NCBI GenBank assembly: GCA_017994375.1
Contig: JAGOLA010000002.1
Location: forward strand, 1-54,982
Length of the DNA: 54,982 nt
Direction: 5' to 3'
Source of the DNA: Candidatus Omnitrophota bacterium
GTDB lineage: Bacteria; Omnitrophota; Gorgyraeia; Duberdicusellales; 4484-171
Part shown: piece after piece, positions 34,239 through 45,066 of the stretch
Layout: each line of letters starts with the position of its first letter
How positions within the stretch are numbered: position 1 is the first letter of the stretch
Notes under the pieces: generated by a model
The model's input: only the letters and a program-made list of their open reading frames with translations
Told to the model about the DNA's origin: nothing
Databases searched by the model: none
Position numbers and translations under genes: made by a program

Positions 34239-35449
34239 TTTTCTACTTTTAGAATGACGCTAAATATTCTTCTTGTAGTTGCTCGCTCTATAAAAAAATT
34301 AATTTTCCCAAATCTTATATTCTCGCCGTTATGAGGAATTTTCTCTATTTGCGATAAGATAAAACCGGCTATGGTATCTTCTTCTTCGGGAAGATCTAAG
34401 TTGGCCGCTAGGTTTACGGTCTTAATTGGGGTTTTCCCATGGACTCTCCAGGCTTGTTCGTCTATTTTCTCCAAAGGCTCCTGAATAGTTTCGAATTCAT
34501 CGTATATTTCGCCAAAAATCTCTTCTACGATATCTTCTGTGGTAATTAACCCTTCGGTACCGCCGTATTCATCCAAAACTATTGCTATTCTTTCTTTTTG
34601 CTCTAAAAGTAACTTTAAAATACCATCGATACTTTTAGTTTTAGGAATAAATATCGGTGGCCTTAAAAATTGGTGAAAATCTTCATCCGGATTAAGAAAA
34701 ATATCTTTGGCATGAATGATTCCGGTAACATTATCTAAAGAATCCTGATATACTGGGAATCTCGCGTGTTTTTCTTTCTGCAGAATATCGATTACTTCTT
34801 TTTGGGACATCTTGCTGTTAATAGCTTTGATATCAATACGGGCAGTCAAAACTTCGCTGGCTTTGGTATCCTTAAACTCCAAGACATGGTGAATCATTCT
34901 TACTTCTTGAGCCGAAAACTGGCCTTCTTTTTTGCCGATAAGAAGAAAAGCTTTGAATTCTTCATCGCTTAAGACAGACCTTTTACGTCCACGAATTACT
35001 AAAGAAGAAATACTAATAACGATTCTTTCAATAGCATTTATTAGAGGTGAAAACACTTTAGTGAAAATACTTAAAATCGGAGGAAACAATAAAGACAGCC
35101 TTTCGGCAGTGTATATTGCGAATGTCTTCGGAAAAATCTCTCCCAGAAAAAGTATTAAGGTACCGCTAATAAAAATAGCTAAGATAAGGCCTTTTTCTCC
35201 GAAATATTCTACGAAAATAGCTGTTGATAGAGAAGTCAAACCTATATTGACTAATAAATTGCCAAAAACAATAGCCGAAAGTAAATGCGTAGGTCTTTTG
35301 ATAAGGTTCTTTAGGGCCTTGGCTTGAGGAAAATTTCCTATGATCCGCCGCAATTTTAAATTGCCTAAAGAAAAAATTGCGGTTTCAGAAGCCGAAAAAA
35401 AGGCTGATGAAATAATAAATAAGCAAAAAAATAGAATATTAAAAAACAT
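34235..35449 (-). CDS. HlyC/CorC-family transporter (DUF21 + CBS pair + CorC_HlyC).
   Basis: 404 aa with ...FFSASETAIFSL..., CBS repeats and a C-terminal transporter-associated domain. It overlaps the downstream paralogue by 4 nt. Confidence 0.75.
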   Translation of the reverse strand: MFFNILFFCLFIISSAFFSASETAIFSLGNLKLRRIIGNFPQAKALKNLIKRPTHLLSAIVFGNLLVNIGLTSLSTAIFVEYFGEKGLILAIFISGTLILFLGEIFPKTFAIYTAERLSLLFPPILSIFTKVFSPLINAIERIVISISSLVIRGRKRSVLSDEEFKAFLLIGKKEGQFSAQEVRMIHHVLEFKDTKASEVLTARIDIKAINSKMSQKEVIDILQKEKHARFPVYQDSLDNVTGIIHAKDIFLNPDEDFHQFLRPPIFIPKTKSIDGILKLLLEQKERIAIVLDEYGGTEGLITTEDIVEEIFGEIYDEFETIQEPLEKIDEQAWRVHGKTPIKTVNLAANLDLPEEEDTIAGFILSQIEKIPHNGENIRFGKINFFIERATTRRIFSVILKVEK

Positions 35450-35463
35450 CTCGGTTTACTTCT

Positions 35464-36477
35464 TTAATGCCGATCAATAAAAACTCCGGCTATGTTTTCT
35501 TGACAAAATAGGCACCTATTATTTTTAATATTATTTTCCCAGATATTAAAATAGTCTCTTTTTATTAAAATTTTACCGCAATTAGGACAAATAGTATCTG
35601 TTCCGTCGGAAACATTTCCTAAATAAACATACTTTAATCCGCATGATTTGGCGATATTCTTGGCTTTGGTAAGTACTTCATAAGGAGTATGATTGTAATT
35701 AATAAACTTATAATCAGGGTGGAACCTGCTTATATGCCAAGGTATTTCTTTACTTATACTAGCAATAAATTCAGCGATGTCTCTTAGTTCCTTTTCTGAA
35801 TCGTTTTGGTCAGGGATAACTAAAGTCGTTATTTCTACCCAAATATTAAGTTTATGCATCAATTTAATAGAATTTAAAACCGGTTTTAACCCACCGCCAC
35901 AATTTTTTAAATAAAAATCTTCGCTAAAGCTCTTTAAATCTACATTAGCCGCATCTAAATAGGGGCTTATAGTTTCTAAAGCTTCTTTAGTCATATAACC
36001 ATTAGTAACAAAAATGTTTTTAAGGCCTTCTTTTTTGGCTAAGCAAGATATATCGTAAGCGTATTCAAAAAAAATAGTTGGTTCGGTATAGGTATAAGAA
36101 ATACTGGCACAATTACTCTTTTTGGCCTCTTCTACTATATCTTGAGGTAGTATCTTCTTGCTGGAAAAAGAGATGATCGAATCGGGATTTTGGGAAATTT
36201 GCCAATTTTGACAGAAACCGCACTTAAAATTACACCCTTTAGTAGCTAAGGAGTAGGATTTAGTTGCAGGTAAAAAATGGTAGAGAGGTTTTTTCTCAAT
36301 AGGATCTACCGCAAGGGCTATTGGCTCGGCATAAACTAAGCTTTTTAGCGTTCCTTGGAAATTTTCTCTTACGCCGCAAAGCCCTCTTTTACCAGGAAGA
36401 ATTCTACAATGGTGCGAACAAAGATAGCAATGAACTTTGTTATTATCCAACTTTTCATAAAGTACCGCTTCTTTCAT
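35464..36477 (-). CDS. AmmeMemoRadiSam-system-type radical SAM enzyme.
   Basis: The N-terminal Cys cluster reads VHCYLCSHHCRILPGKRGLCGVREN. The radical SAM motif is GCNFKCGFCQNW. The C-terminal Cys cluster is CPNCG...CLFC. Confidence 0.75.
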   Translation of the reverse strand: MKEAVLYEKLDNNKVHCYLCSHHCRILPGKRGLCGVRENFQGTLKSLVYAEPIALAVDPIEKKPLYHFLPATKSYSLATKGCNFKCGFCQNWQISQNPDSIISFSSKKILPQDIVEEAKKSNCASISYTYTEPTIFFEYAYDISCLAKKEGLKNIFVTNGYMTKEALETISPYLDAANVDLKSFSEDFYLKNCGGGLKPVLNSIKLMHKLNIWVEITTLVIPDQNDSEKELRDIAEFIASISKEIPWHISRFHPDYKFINYNHTPYEVLTKAKNIAKSCGLKYVYLGNVSDGTDTICPNCGKILIKRDYFNIWENNIKNNRCLFCQENIAGVFIDRH

Positions 36478-37001
36478 TATTTACTTTCGTAAAACCGGGC
36501 TAATAAATACAAAAAGTCCGATAAACGATTCAAATAAACTAAGATATGCTTATTTTTTAGTTTTTTCTTCTTAGCAAGAGTTACTATTTTTCTCTCTACT
36601 CTTCTGGTAATAGCTCTAGCTACATCTAAATTGCCCGAAATAATATTTTTCCCCGGTAAATGGAAGCATCTTTTTTTAATTACGCCCTTTTTTTCTAATT
36701 GCAAAATCCGCCGCTCAAGGTTGCTAATAAAGCTTTTATTTATTCTTTCCTTTAATCTTATTATATCTTTAGCTTCAAGAGCAACTTCGGTACCAATTAA
36801 AAATAAATCTTGTTGGCAAAATTCAATTATCTTTTTGGTTCTTTTACTCTTAATCAGGCTTTTAGCTAAACCTAGATAAGAGCTTAATTCATCAATCTCT
36901 CCGCAAGTTTCTATACTGATATGGTCTTTATCTACTACTGTACCGCTATAAAGAAGAGTTTTGCCTTTATCCCCAAATTTGGTAACTATACTTTTAACCA
37001 T
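36477..37001 (-). CDS. PduO-type ATP:cob(I)alamin adenosyltransferase.
   Basis: TKFGDKGKTLLYSG...ETCGEIDELSSYLGLAK is typical of the family. Confidence 0.75.
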   Translation of the reverse strand: MVKSIVTKFGDKGKTLLYSGTVVDKDHISIETCGEIDELSSYLGLAKSLIKSKRTKKIIEFCQQDLFLIGTEVALEAKDIIRLKERINKSFISNLERRILQLEKKGVIKKRCFHLPGKNIISGNLDVARAITRRVERKIVTLAKKKKLKNKHILVYLNRLSDFLYLLARFYESK

Positions 37002-37010
37002 ACAATTTTT

Positions 37011-37574
37011 CTAAGAAGACATCAGGCTTAAAGCTTCCTGCCTTGTTTTTTGGTTAACTCTAAATATACCTCTTACTACTGAAGTGGCAGTAACAGTTCC
37101 AGGTTTTTTTACTCCCCGCATAGACATGCAAAGGTGTTCGGCCTCAATTACTACCATTACTCCTTTAGGCCTTAATTTTTTCATGATAACATCAGCGATT
37201 TCAGTAGTAAGACGCTCTTGAACCTGTAGCCGTCTGGAAAGGGTATCTACAACCCGCGCTATTTTACTTAAGCCGGTTATGCGCTTATCTGGGATATAAG
37301 CTACATGGGCTTTGCCGATAAAAGGCAAAAGATGGTGTTCACAAAGTGAATAGAGCGGGATTCCCTTTAAAAGTATGATTTCATCGTGTTTCTGCTCTAG
37401 AATTACTTCTAATTCGCTACTGGCATCTTTAAATTGCCCTTTCAAAATCTCTTCATACATTTGAGCTACTCTGTAAGGAGTGTTAGCAATATCTTTTTTG
37501 GTTAAATCTGCGCCTACTGCCTCTAATACCATTCTAATCCCTTTCTCGACCTTTTTTTTATCCATACCCACCAC
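37011..37574 (-). CDS. folE: GTP cyclohydrolase I.
   Basis: The motifs [29 protein letters not shown] and QVQERLT are present. Confidence 0.9.
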   Translation of the reverse strand: MVGMDKKKVEKGIRMVLEAVGADLTKKDIANTPYRVAQMYEEILKGQFKDASSELEVILEQKHDEIILLKGIPLYSLCEHHLLPFIGKAHVAYIPDKRITGLSKIARVVDTLSRRLQVQERLTTEIADVIMKKLRPKGVMVVIEAEHLCMSMRGVKKPGTVTATSVVRGIFRVNQKTRQEALSLMSS

Positions 37575-37575
37575 C

Positions 37576-38991
37576 TTATTTGCCGATACAAAAATTATTA
37601 AAAATATTCTCTAAAATCTCTTCCGAAAATACCTCACCGTTAAGCTTTCCCAAATTATCAAGGCAATCTTTCAAAGTCATATTAATAAAATCAAGAGTAT
37701 AGCCTTCTTTCAAAAATAAGATTACCTCTTTTAAGTTTTGTTCTACTTTTTTTAATACTTCTTGTTGGTACTGATTAAGAAAAATGATATCTTCTCTGTT
37801 AAAAGAACCTTTATGAATTTTGCGGTATATAACTTTCTTAAACTTATCTAAACCTTGGTTTTTTAGAGCGCTTATTTGTACTATTGGTGACTTAAGCGAA
37901 AGAGTCTTTTTTAAATCTATTCTCTGGATAAGATCGCTTTTATTTATTACTAAAATCGTATTTTTAGTCTTTGTTTTATCTAAAAGCAAAAAATCGTCTC
38001 TATCTAACGGCTTAGAACCGTCTAACATAAGAATAACTAAATCAGCCTGCTGGAAAATATTGTAAGCTTTATCTACAGCTTCTTTGGTAATTATATCTTT
38101 GGGCTCTAGAATTCCGGCGGTATCATAAATTCTTAAAGGGATGCCTTTTATATTTATAGACTCTTCGATAACATCGCGGGTAGTACCGGGAAATTTGCTT
38201 ACAATAGTTCGTTGTTGCCCAAGCAGCTTATTAAAAAGAGTGGACTTACCGACATTGGCTTTGCCGCAAATCACGCACTTAAATCCTTCCAGCATAATTT
38301 TAGCTTCGCCAGCACCTTGAGATAAACAGCCTACTCTTTTCATTAAACTTACAGCTCTTGCTTTAAGATGATTATTAGCGATACCTATTTCGGCTTCGGG
38401 AAAATTCATCATACCTTCAGTCTGAATAAATATCTCTTTTATCTCTTCTTTTATCTTGGCAATCTTTTCTGAAGCTTCTCCTTTAAGCTGAGAGATGGCC
38501 TGATAAAGCGATTGCTCGGTTTTAGCTTCTACTAATCCTGAAATACTTTCGGCCTGTAAAAGGTCAATTCTCCCGTTCATCAAAGCCCGGTAGGTAAATT
38601 CTCCGGGCAAAGCCAACCTTGCTCCTTGAGATAAAATAATATTTAAAATCTTATTCAATACTACCGTCCCACCGTGAGAGGATATCTCTATTACATCTTC
38701 TTTAGTATAAGAATAAGGTTTACGCATAACACTGACTAATACTTCGTCTATCAATAAATTTTTTCCATTTTTTTCTGTCTTATTTTTAAGAATTTCCCGT
38801 ATCCAACCGTAGTGCAAAGTATATGATTTTACTTTTTTGAGGTTTTTTCGGCGCCGGGGTTTAAATATCTTAGAAATAATAAAAAAAGATTTTTTACCGG
38901 AAATCTTAATTACCCCCAATGCTGATTTGGAAGGAAAAGTAGCGATGGCGGCAATAGTATCGGCTAGATTATAATCTTTTATCTTTATCAT
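37576..38991 (-). CDS. mnmE: tRNA modification GTPase MnmE.
   Basis: It has N-terminal DTIAAIAT, the G domain motifs [12 protein letters not shown] and DTAG, and the C-terminal CIGK. Confidence 0.9.
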   Translation of the reverse strand: MIKIKDYNLADTIAAIATFPSKSALGVIKISGKKSFFIISKIFKPRRRKNLKKVKSYTLHYGWIREILKNKTEKNGKNLLIDEVLVSVMRKPYSYTKEDVIEISSHGGTVVLNKILNIILSQGARLALPGEFTYRALMNGRIDLLQAESISGLVEAKTEQSLYQAISQLKGEASEKIAKIKEEIKEIFIQTEGMMNFPEAEIGIANNHLKARAVSLMKRVGCLSQGAGEAKIMLEGFKCVICGKANVGKSTLFNKLLGQQRTIVSKFPGTTRDVIEESINIKGIPLRIYDTAGILEPKDIITKEAVDKAYNIFQQADLVILMLDGSKPLDRDDFLLLDKTKTKNTILVINKSDLIQRIDLKKTLSLKSPIVQISALKNQGLDKFKKVIYRKIHKGSFNREDIIFLNQYQQEVLKKVEQNLKEVILFLKEGYTLDFINMTLKDCLDNLGKLNGEVFSEEILENIFNNFCIGK

Positions 38992-39059
38992 GGGATTAAA
39001 GTATTTTATTAAAAATTCCTAAAATGTCTATATTAACTGTGATGGTTCTAATTTATCAG

Positions 39060-40427
39060 CTAATGGTATTTTGCCATTCTGGAGCTGACCAGGAATTTTT
39101 TTGCTTCGCTTACTAAAAATAACGAGCCACTTACTAATATTAAATCGTTCTTTCGGTAAATTTTTCTCGCTTCTTCGAAAGCTTGACGGATATTATCGGT
39201 TAACACTACCTCTTTTAAACGGCAGACTTTTTTTAATTCTAAAGGCTCGTAAGTACGTGGGTTATCAAAGCGGGTTAAAATAAGATTTCTATAGGCTATC
39301 TGTTTTAGCATTTTCTTAGCGTCTTTATCTTTAGAACAAGCAAAAATTAAAATCACTTTATATTTTGGATAATATAATTTTAAATTATCTGCTAAAACAG
39401 AGAAGGAAGAAACATTATGGGCAACATCGGCAATAATTAAAGGTTTTTTGCAGATAAGCTCGAATCTACCCTCTAAATTAAGACTTATAATATCATTAGT
39501 TAGCGCTCTTTTGATAATTTCTTTTTTCCCTAATAAAAATAGTGTTGCTAAAGCTAAGGCCGCGTTTTCGGCCTGATATTTGCCTTTAAGTTTGATTTTA
39601 ACCTTTCTTAATCTAAAATTTTGGAACTGAAAGTTAAAAGTAGTGAGGTTTTTATTAATTTTTAAATCTTTTATCTGAAAATCCCGACTAGAAAGAAAAA
39701 GAGGAGCTTTTCTTGTTTTAGCTATAGCCTCTATTACCTCCAAAACTCCTCGACGTTGGCAAGAACAAATAACCGGAACTTGTCTCTTTATTATTCCGGA
39801 TTTTTCGTAAGCAATTTCTTTTATTCTATTGCCTAATTTATCCATATGATCATAGCCAATATGGGTAATCAAAGAAACTAAAGGTTTAACTATATTGGTA
39901 GCGTCTAATCTTCCTCCCAAACCAGTTTCTAACACTACCAAATCTACTTTTTTATCCAAAAAATACTTTAAGGCGATAGCAGTAGAAATTTCAAAAAAAG
40001 TTACTGTTCCTAATTTTTGGGGTATATCTATTTTTCTTAACTTTTCTTTAATTTCTCTTGTTAACTTTACAACTTCAGCACCTAAAATTTTACGACTCTT
40101 GATTTCTATCTTCTTTTCTTTTGGAAAGAAAAGCGACTTTTTAATAACTATTCTCTCGCGAAAATCAAATAAGTGCGGAGAAGTATAGACTCCGACCTTT
40201 AAACCGCAAGCCGCTAAAAAATTAGAGCAATAATAAGCTGTGGAACCTTTGCCTTTGGTACCGGCGATATGAATCACTCTAAGGCGTTCATAGGGTATTT
40301 TTAAATACTTAAATAGCAACATTACCCTTTTAAATTTTAAAGATTTTTTATAAGGATAACGGGTAATCTTTTCGTAATTTATGAGCGAATCTAAATACTT
40401 TTTGGCCGAAAGATAATTATCAATCAT
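39060..40427 (-). CDS. folC: Folylpolyglutamate synthase / dihydrofolate synthase.
   Basis: It has HIAGTKGKGST and a Mur-ligase-like middle region, VLETGLGGRLDATN. Confidence 0.85.
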   Translation of the reverse strand: MIDNYLSAKKYLDSLINYEKITRYPYKKSLKFKRVMLLFKYLKIPYERLRVIHIAGTKGKGSTAYYCSNFLAACGLKVGVYTSPHLFDFRERIVIKKSLFFPKEKKIEIKSRKILGAEVVKLTREIKEKLRKIDIPQKLGTVTFFEISTAIALKYFLDKKVDLVVLETGLGGRLDATNIVKPLVSLITHIGYDHMDKLGNRIKEIAYEKSGIIKRQVPVICSCQRRGVLEVIEAIAKTRKAPLFLSSRDFQIKDLKINKNLTTFNFQFQNFRLRKVKIKLKGKYQAENAALALATLFLLGKKEIIKRALTNDIISLNLEGRFELICKKPLIIADVAHNVSSFSVLADNLKLYYPKYKVILIFACSKDKDAKKMLKQIAYRNLILTRFDNPRTYEPLELKKVCRLKEVVLTDNIRQAFEEARKIYRKNDLILVSGSLFLVSEAKKFLVSSRMAKYH

Positions 40428-40513
40428 AATTATGGTTTAGGGAGAATTCATTATCGGAAAACATGGAGCGGAACTTACTTCTTCTACTAAAAAGTAGATA
40501 AAAGATAAGGGCT

Positions 40514-40565
40514 AAAAATGTCAAATTATTTAAAGAGGTTTTGAGTTTTAGTTTTTCGCTTTGAA
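40514..40565. repeat. Copy of a dispersed AT-rich intergenic repeat with core AAAGAGGTTTTGA[AG]TTTTAG.
   Basis: The sequence aaaaatgtcaaattatttaaagaggttttgagttttagtttttcgcttt shares blocks with 50861-50951 and 49394-49420. Confidence 0.5.
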
Positions 40566-40595
40566 TAATATTCTTAGATTTAGTATCGTTATAGA

Positions 40596-42161
40596 TTAGT
40601 GGCGAAAATGGCGGATTCCGGTAAAAACCATACTTATACCTAATTTATCGCACATCTTTATTAAGTCTTTATCTTTTATAGAGCCACCCGGCTGAATTAT
40701 AGTTTTAATCCCTTTACTATAAGCTATCTTTATACCGTCTTCCTTAGGGAAAAAACCATCCGAAGCCATAACTGCCGAACGGATAATATGGTCGGCTTTC
40801 TTTAAGGCTATCTTTACCGATCCTACTCGGGAAGGTTGCCCGGCGCCGATACCTAAAACCGAATTATTTTTCGCTATAACTATAGCGTTAGATTTTACAA
40901 ATTTGGCTATTTTCCAGGCAAATATCAAATCTTTAAATTCTTTATCAGTAGGTTCTTTTTTAGTTACCACTTTTAAAGAATTTTTGTCTAAAGTGAGGTA
41001 ATCTCTATCCTGAATAAGATAGCCGAATAGAGTAGTTTTAATATCTTTGCCTCCTATTTTATAGTCGAAATTAGCTTCTAAAATGCGAAGTTGCCGCTTA
41101 CTAGATAAAACCTTTAAAGCTTCTTTAGAATAAGAAGGGGCTATTATACACTCTTTAAAATCACTTTTAATAATTGCTAAAGCAGTATCCCTGTCTACCT
41201 TTCTATTTAACCCTATTATTCCTCCAAAACTAGATAGTTCATCGGCAGCAAAAGCTTTCTTGTAGGCCACGGACAGTTGCCGGTCGGTTGCTACTCCACA
41301 GATAGAGGCGTGTTTTATAATAGCAGCAGCCGGTTCGCCAAACTCCTTGACCATAGCCATAGCGGTATCTAAATCTAAAAAGTTATTATAGGATAATTCC
41401 TTACCGCTAAGTTGACGAAATGCCATTTTTTCGGAATTGACCAAATTATACAAAGATCCTTTCTGATGCGGATTTTCTCCGTAACGCAAACTAATAGTTT
41501 CTTCTAAATTTAAACTTAAAACCGGCCGGCCTCGAAAATAATTATAAATATCGTTATCGTATTCTTTAGTAAGATAAAAAGCCGTTTGCGCCAATATTCT
41601 AAGAGTTTCGTAAGAAATAAAGCCTTTGTTCTTCTGCAGTTCTCCCAAAACTAGTTTATACTGTTGAGGATTACTTAAACAGGCTACGTTTTTAAAATTT
41701 TTGGCCGCTGCCCGTAATATCGAAGGACCACCGATATCTATGTACTCTATCATTTCGTCCCAACTTAAGTTTTCTTTTATCTTCTCGGAAAAAGGATATA
41801 AGTTTACTACCACCATATCTATGGGCTGTATCCCTAAAGCTCTTATTTCTTCCATATGCAAAGGATGCTTCTTATTGGCTAAAATTCCGGAAAATATTTT
41901 GGGGTGTAGAGTTTTTACCCGGCCGGAAAGCATCTCGGGAAAAGAAGTCACACTAGCCACATCTTTGGTAGGAATTTGGCTTTTACGCAATAAAGCTGCG
42001 GTCTTTCCGGTAGAAATTATTTCTGCCCCAAAATCGTTCAGTTTACGGGCAAATTCAATTATCCCTTTTTTATCCCAAACGCTTATTAAAACTCTTCTAA
42101 TTTTTAACATATCTAATTCGACTAAGTATTTTTTCTGCGTCTTCGACTTGAAAAAATTCAA
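40596..42161 (-). CDS. purH: Bifunctional AICAR transformylase / IMP cyclohydrolase.
   Basis: It has RVLISVWDKKG and a C-terminal ...FTGIRHFRH. The true start may be the internal ATG at 42110 (MLKIRRVLISV...). Confidence 0.9.
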   Translation of the reverse strand: MNFFKSKTQKKYLVELDMLKIRRVLISVWDKKGIIEFARKLNDFGAEIISTGKTAALLRKSQIPTKDVASVTSFPEMLSGRVKTLHPKIFSGILANKKHPLHMEEIRALGIQPIDMVVVNLYPFSEKIKENLSWDEMIEYIDIGGPSILRAAAKNFKNVACLSNPQQYKLVLGELQKNKGFISYETLRILAQTAFYLTKEYDNDIYNYFRGRPVLSLNLEETISLRYGENPHQKGSLYNLVNSEKMAFRQLSGKELSYNNFLDLDTAMAMVKEFGEPAAAIIKHASICGVATDRQLSVAYKKAFAADELSSFGGIIGLNRKVDRDTALAIIKSDFKECIIAPSYSKEALKVLSSKRQLRILEANFDYKIGGKDIKTTLFGYLIQDRDYLTLDKNSLKVVTKKEPTDKEFKDLIFAWKIAKFVKSNAIVIAKNNSVLGIGAGQPSRVGSVKIALKKADHIIRSAVMASDGFFPKEDGIKIAYSKGIKTIIQPGGSIKDKDLIKMCDKLGISMVFTGIRHFRH

Positions 42162-42167
42162 GTTTCA

Positions 42168-42857
42168 TTAAACATTAAACTTCACTTCTATTATATCGTT
42201 CGGCTGCATAATATAATCCTTATCTACTAATTTTACAAAACCATGGGATCGAGCCTCGTTCATATTAAAAAAATTATCAATATCCTGATAATGGGTAATT
42301 TCGGCTTTAATGAAGCCTCTTTTTAAATCGCTGTGTATCCGGCCGGCTGCTTCTAGCGCGGTATCTCCTTTAAATAAGCTCCAAGCCTTAACTTCTTTTT
42401 TCCCGCAGGTAAAAAAGAAAATTGTACCGCTTTTTTCAAACACCTCTCCTAACAAAGAAGTTATATCAATAACTTTATCCTTTTCTGCCGAAGGCTTAAT
42501 AGTGGCTAGTTGCCACAACCTAAATTTGCTCTCTTCTTCTTTAGAGAATCCGCCGTCGTAAAGAAGTTTCTCTTGCTCTAATATTTTCTGGGCCCGGCCA
42601 AGAAGGTCTTTTTCGTTAGTATCTTCGCTACGGGATAACCTTTTTTCTATTTTCTCTAAATCAATTAATATAAAGTCTACTTTTTTATCTCGACTAAAAA
42701 CAACCGCATCGGCTTTATCAAGTTCGGAATCTATAAATTCTACCGTATACGGCGAAGATTTATCGGGAGAAAATTTCTCGACCAGCTTCTTAAAGCATTC
42801 ATCGACGTATTTATATTTACCGCTACTAATATCTAGTCCGAAATTAAATATCTTCAT
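42168..42857 (-). CDS. YchF-related protein retaining the C-terminal DUF933/TGS-like domain but lacking a recognisable P-loop.
   Basis: The C-terminus FFTCGKKEVKAWSLFKGDTALEAAGRIHSDLKRGFIKAEITHYQD...DYIMQPNDIIEVKFNV matches the YchF tail. The N-terminus MKIFNFGLDISSGKYKY has no GxxxxGKS/T motif. Confidence 0.6.
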   Translation of the reverse strand: MKIFNFGLDISSGKYKYVDECFKKLVEKFSPDKSSPYTVEFIDSELDKADAVVFSRDKKVDFILIDLEKIEKRLSRSEDTNEKDLLGRAQKILEQEKLLYDGGFSKEEESKFRLWQLATIKPSAEKDKVIDITSLLGEVFEKSGTIFFFTCGKKEVKAWSLFKGDTALEAAGRIHSDLKRGFIKAEITHYQDIDNFFNMNEARSHGFVKLVDKDYIMQPNDIIEVKFNV

Positions 42858-42896
42858 TTAAAAAACTTCCGCTATAACCTCAAAGAACTTTAAATA

Positions 42897-44909
42897 TTAT
42901 TCTTCTTCCTTCTTATTATTTCTAGTTTTATTAGCCTGTTCTACTATATTTTGGGCTAGCCGGGCTGGGACAATTTCGTAGTTAGAAAAACTCATGGTAT
43001 AGCTTCCTCGCCCTCCGGTAACAGAACGTAAATCCGAAGCGTATTTGAACATTTCTACCAAAGGAATAGTTGCCTTAACCACCTCGCTTCTGCCTCTGAC
43101 TTCCATGCCTAAAATCCGGCCTCTTCTACTATTTATATCACCGGTAATCTGGCCCATAAACTCTTCCGGAACCGAAATCTCTACGTTCATAATCGGCTCT
43201 AGCAGAACGCTACCGACCTGGTCAAAACCTTTTTTTAAAGCCATAGAAGCAGCTATTTGAAAAGCGATATCCGAAGAGTCTACCGAATGGTAAGAACCGT
43301 CAAACAGAGTGACTCTAATGTCAGCTATCGGATATCCGGCCAAAAAGCCTTCTTCCATAGCTTTACGTATTCCTTTCTCTACCGAAGGAATAAAGTTACG
43401 GGGGATAGCTCCACCGACAATTTTATTAACAAATTCAAATTTTTTGCCTCTTTCTAAAGGTTCTATTTCAATAGAAACATCTCCGTATTGACCACGACCG
43501 CCAGTCTGTTTTTTATATTTATGAGAAACTTGTATAGATTTTAAAATAGTTTCTAAATAAGGTACTTTTGGGGTTCCTAACTCTACATTGGCGTTATATT
43601 TTCTCTTCATTCTCTCTATGATGATATTGATATGTAATTCTCCCATCCCGGAAATAATAAGTTCCTTAGTTTGAGGGTCCAAAGAGGTGCTGCAAGTAGG
43701 GTCTTCGCTAGTTAAACGGTTTAAGGCCGAAGAAATCTTATCTTCGTCTTGCCGACTTTTAGGTTTAACTGAGGCTGAGTATGAAGGAGAAGGAAACTCT
43801 AAATGTTCAAATTCTATTGTTCTCGAAGAATCACAAATCGTATCTTGAGTTTCGGTATCTTTCAACTTAGCCATAGCAGCAATATCTCCACAACAAATAC
43901 TATCTTGGGATATTTGCTGTTTACCTCTCAATAAATATAGTTGTCCGAATTTTTCCTTACTTTCTTTGGAAGAGTTAAAAAAAGCGCTATTGGATTCTAG
44001 TTTACCCGAAAAAACTCTAAAAATGGTAAGCTGGCCGACAAAAGGGTCGATTATAGTCTTAAAGACTTGGGCTGCGAAGGGAGCTGTTATTTCGGGTTTA
44101 ATTAACACCTCTTTTCCGGATTTATCTTTGGCTTTACGCGGTAAAGATTCGGCTACTGACGGCATACTATCGACAATAAAATCCAGCAAAGTATCTACGC
44201 CTATCTCTTCGATAGCGACTCCGCCGAAAACCGGAAACAGTTGAGAATTTACTATGGCCTTTTTTAAGGCTGACCTTATCTCTTCCTCTTCTAGAGCTCC
44301 AGTTTCAAGATATTTCTCGCAGAGAATATCGTCGCTTTCAGCTATAGCTTCCAAAGCACTATTGTAGAGAACGGGATTTTTATTTTTATTTTTCAAGATA
44401 TTTACTACCGACTTATCTTCCCTAAAACCGAAATCAACGGCTTTTTTAGTTAAACTTTTTCTAATTTCTTCTAGCCTTTTATTGTAATCGACGTTTTCTT
44501 TGTCTAATTTATTAATAAAAAACAAACAAGGTAGATTTTCTTTCCTTAACAGATCCCAAGCTTTTTCAGTACCAACGCCTATGCCTTCCAAACCATCTAC
44601 AACTATAATTGCAAAATCTACCGCTCGTACACTGGCAATTACTTCTCCGATAAAATCAAGATAACCGGGGGTATCGATAAACTGTAAAGAATTGCCTTTA
44701 TATTCTGAACTTAAAACAGACAAGTTGATGGAGCTTTTTCTTTCTTTCTCGTCATCTTCGTAATCGCTGATTGAAGTAGCCTCATCTACGCTTCCCATTC
44801 GGCTAGAAACTCCGCACTTAAAAAGAATCGCTTCCACCAAAGAGGTTTTTCCGGCCTGAGCATGACCGCAAACTAGAAAAGTTCTTTTTTTGGTTAAATC
44901 CTCGCTCAT
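42897..44909 (-). CDS. Elongation factor G family GTPase (paralogue-like).
   Basis: It has G1 GHAQAGKTS, DTPGYLDF, NKLD and EF-G domains IV/V (...GGRGQYG...). The G1 motif differs from the canonical AHIDAGKTT. Confidence 0.8.
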   Translation of the reverse strand: MSEDLTKKRTFLVCGHAQAGKTSLVEAILFKCGVSSRMGSVDEATSISDYEDDEKERKSSINLSVLSSEYKGNSLQFIDTPGYLDFIGEVIASVRAVDFAIIVVDGLEGIGVGTEKAWDLLRKENLPCLFFINKLDKENVDYNKRLEEIRKSLTKKAVDFGFREDKSVVNILKNKNKNPVLYNSALEAIAESDDILCEKYLETGALEEEEIRSALKKAIVNSQLFPVFGGVAIEEIGVDTLLDFIVDSMPSVAESLPRKAKDKSGKEVLIKPEITAPFAAQVFKTIIDPFVGQLTIFRVFSGKLESNSAFFNSSKESKEKFGQLYLLRGKQQISQDSICCGDIAAMAKLKDTETQDTICDSSRTIEFEHLEFPSPSYSASVKPKSRQDEDKISSALNRLTSEDPTCSTSLDPQTKELIISGMGELHINIIIERMKRKYNANVELGTPKVPYLETILKSIQVSHKYKKQTGGRGQYGDVSIEIEPLERGKKFEFVNKIVGGAIPRNFIPSVEKGIRKAMEEGFLAGYPIADIRVTLFDGSYHSVDSSDIAFQIAASMALKKGFDQVGSVLLEPIMNVEISVPEEFMGQITGDINSRRGRILGMEVRGRSEVVKATIPLVEMFKYASDLRSVTGGRGSYTMSFSNYEIVPARLAQNIVEQANKTRNNKKEEE

Positions 44910-45066
44910 AACTGCTTCCTCCTTACGCTGATTTTAAAGCTTATCGGCTTATCAGGTCTTTCCTGATATCCTTACCAGCCAGTATCTAGCATCTAGTATC
45001 CAATATTTAAGGCGTGGCTTTTCTGCCTACTAATAGACAATTTAGCTTGTACCAAGATAGGCTTTT

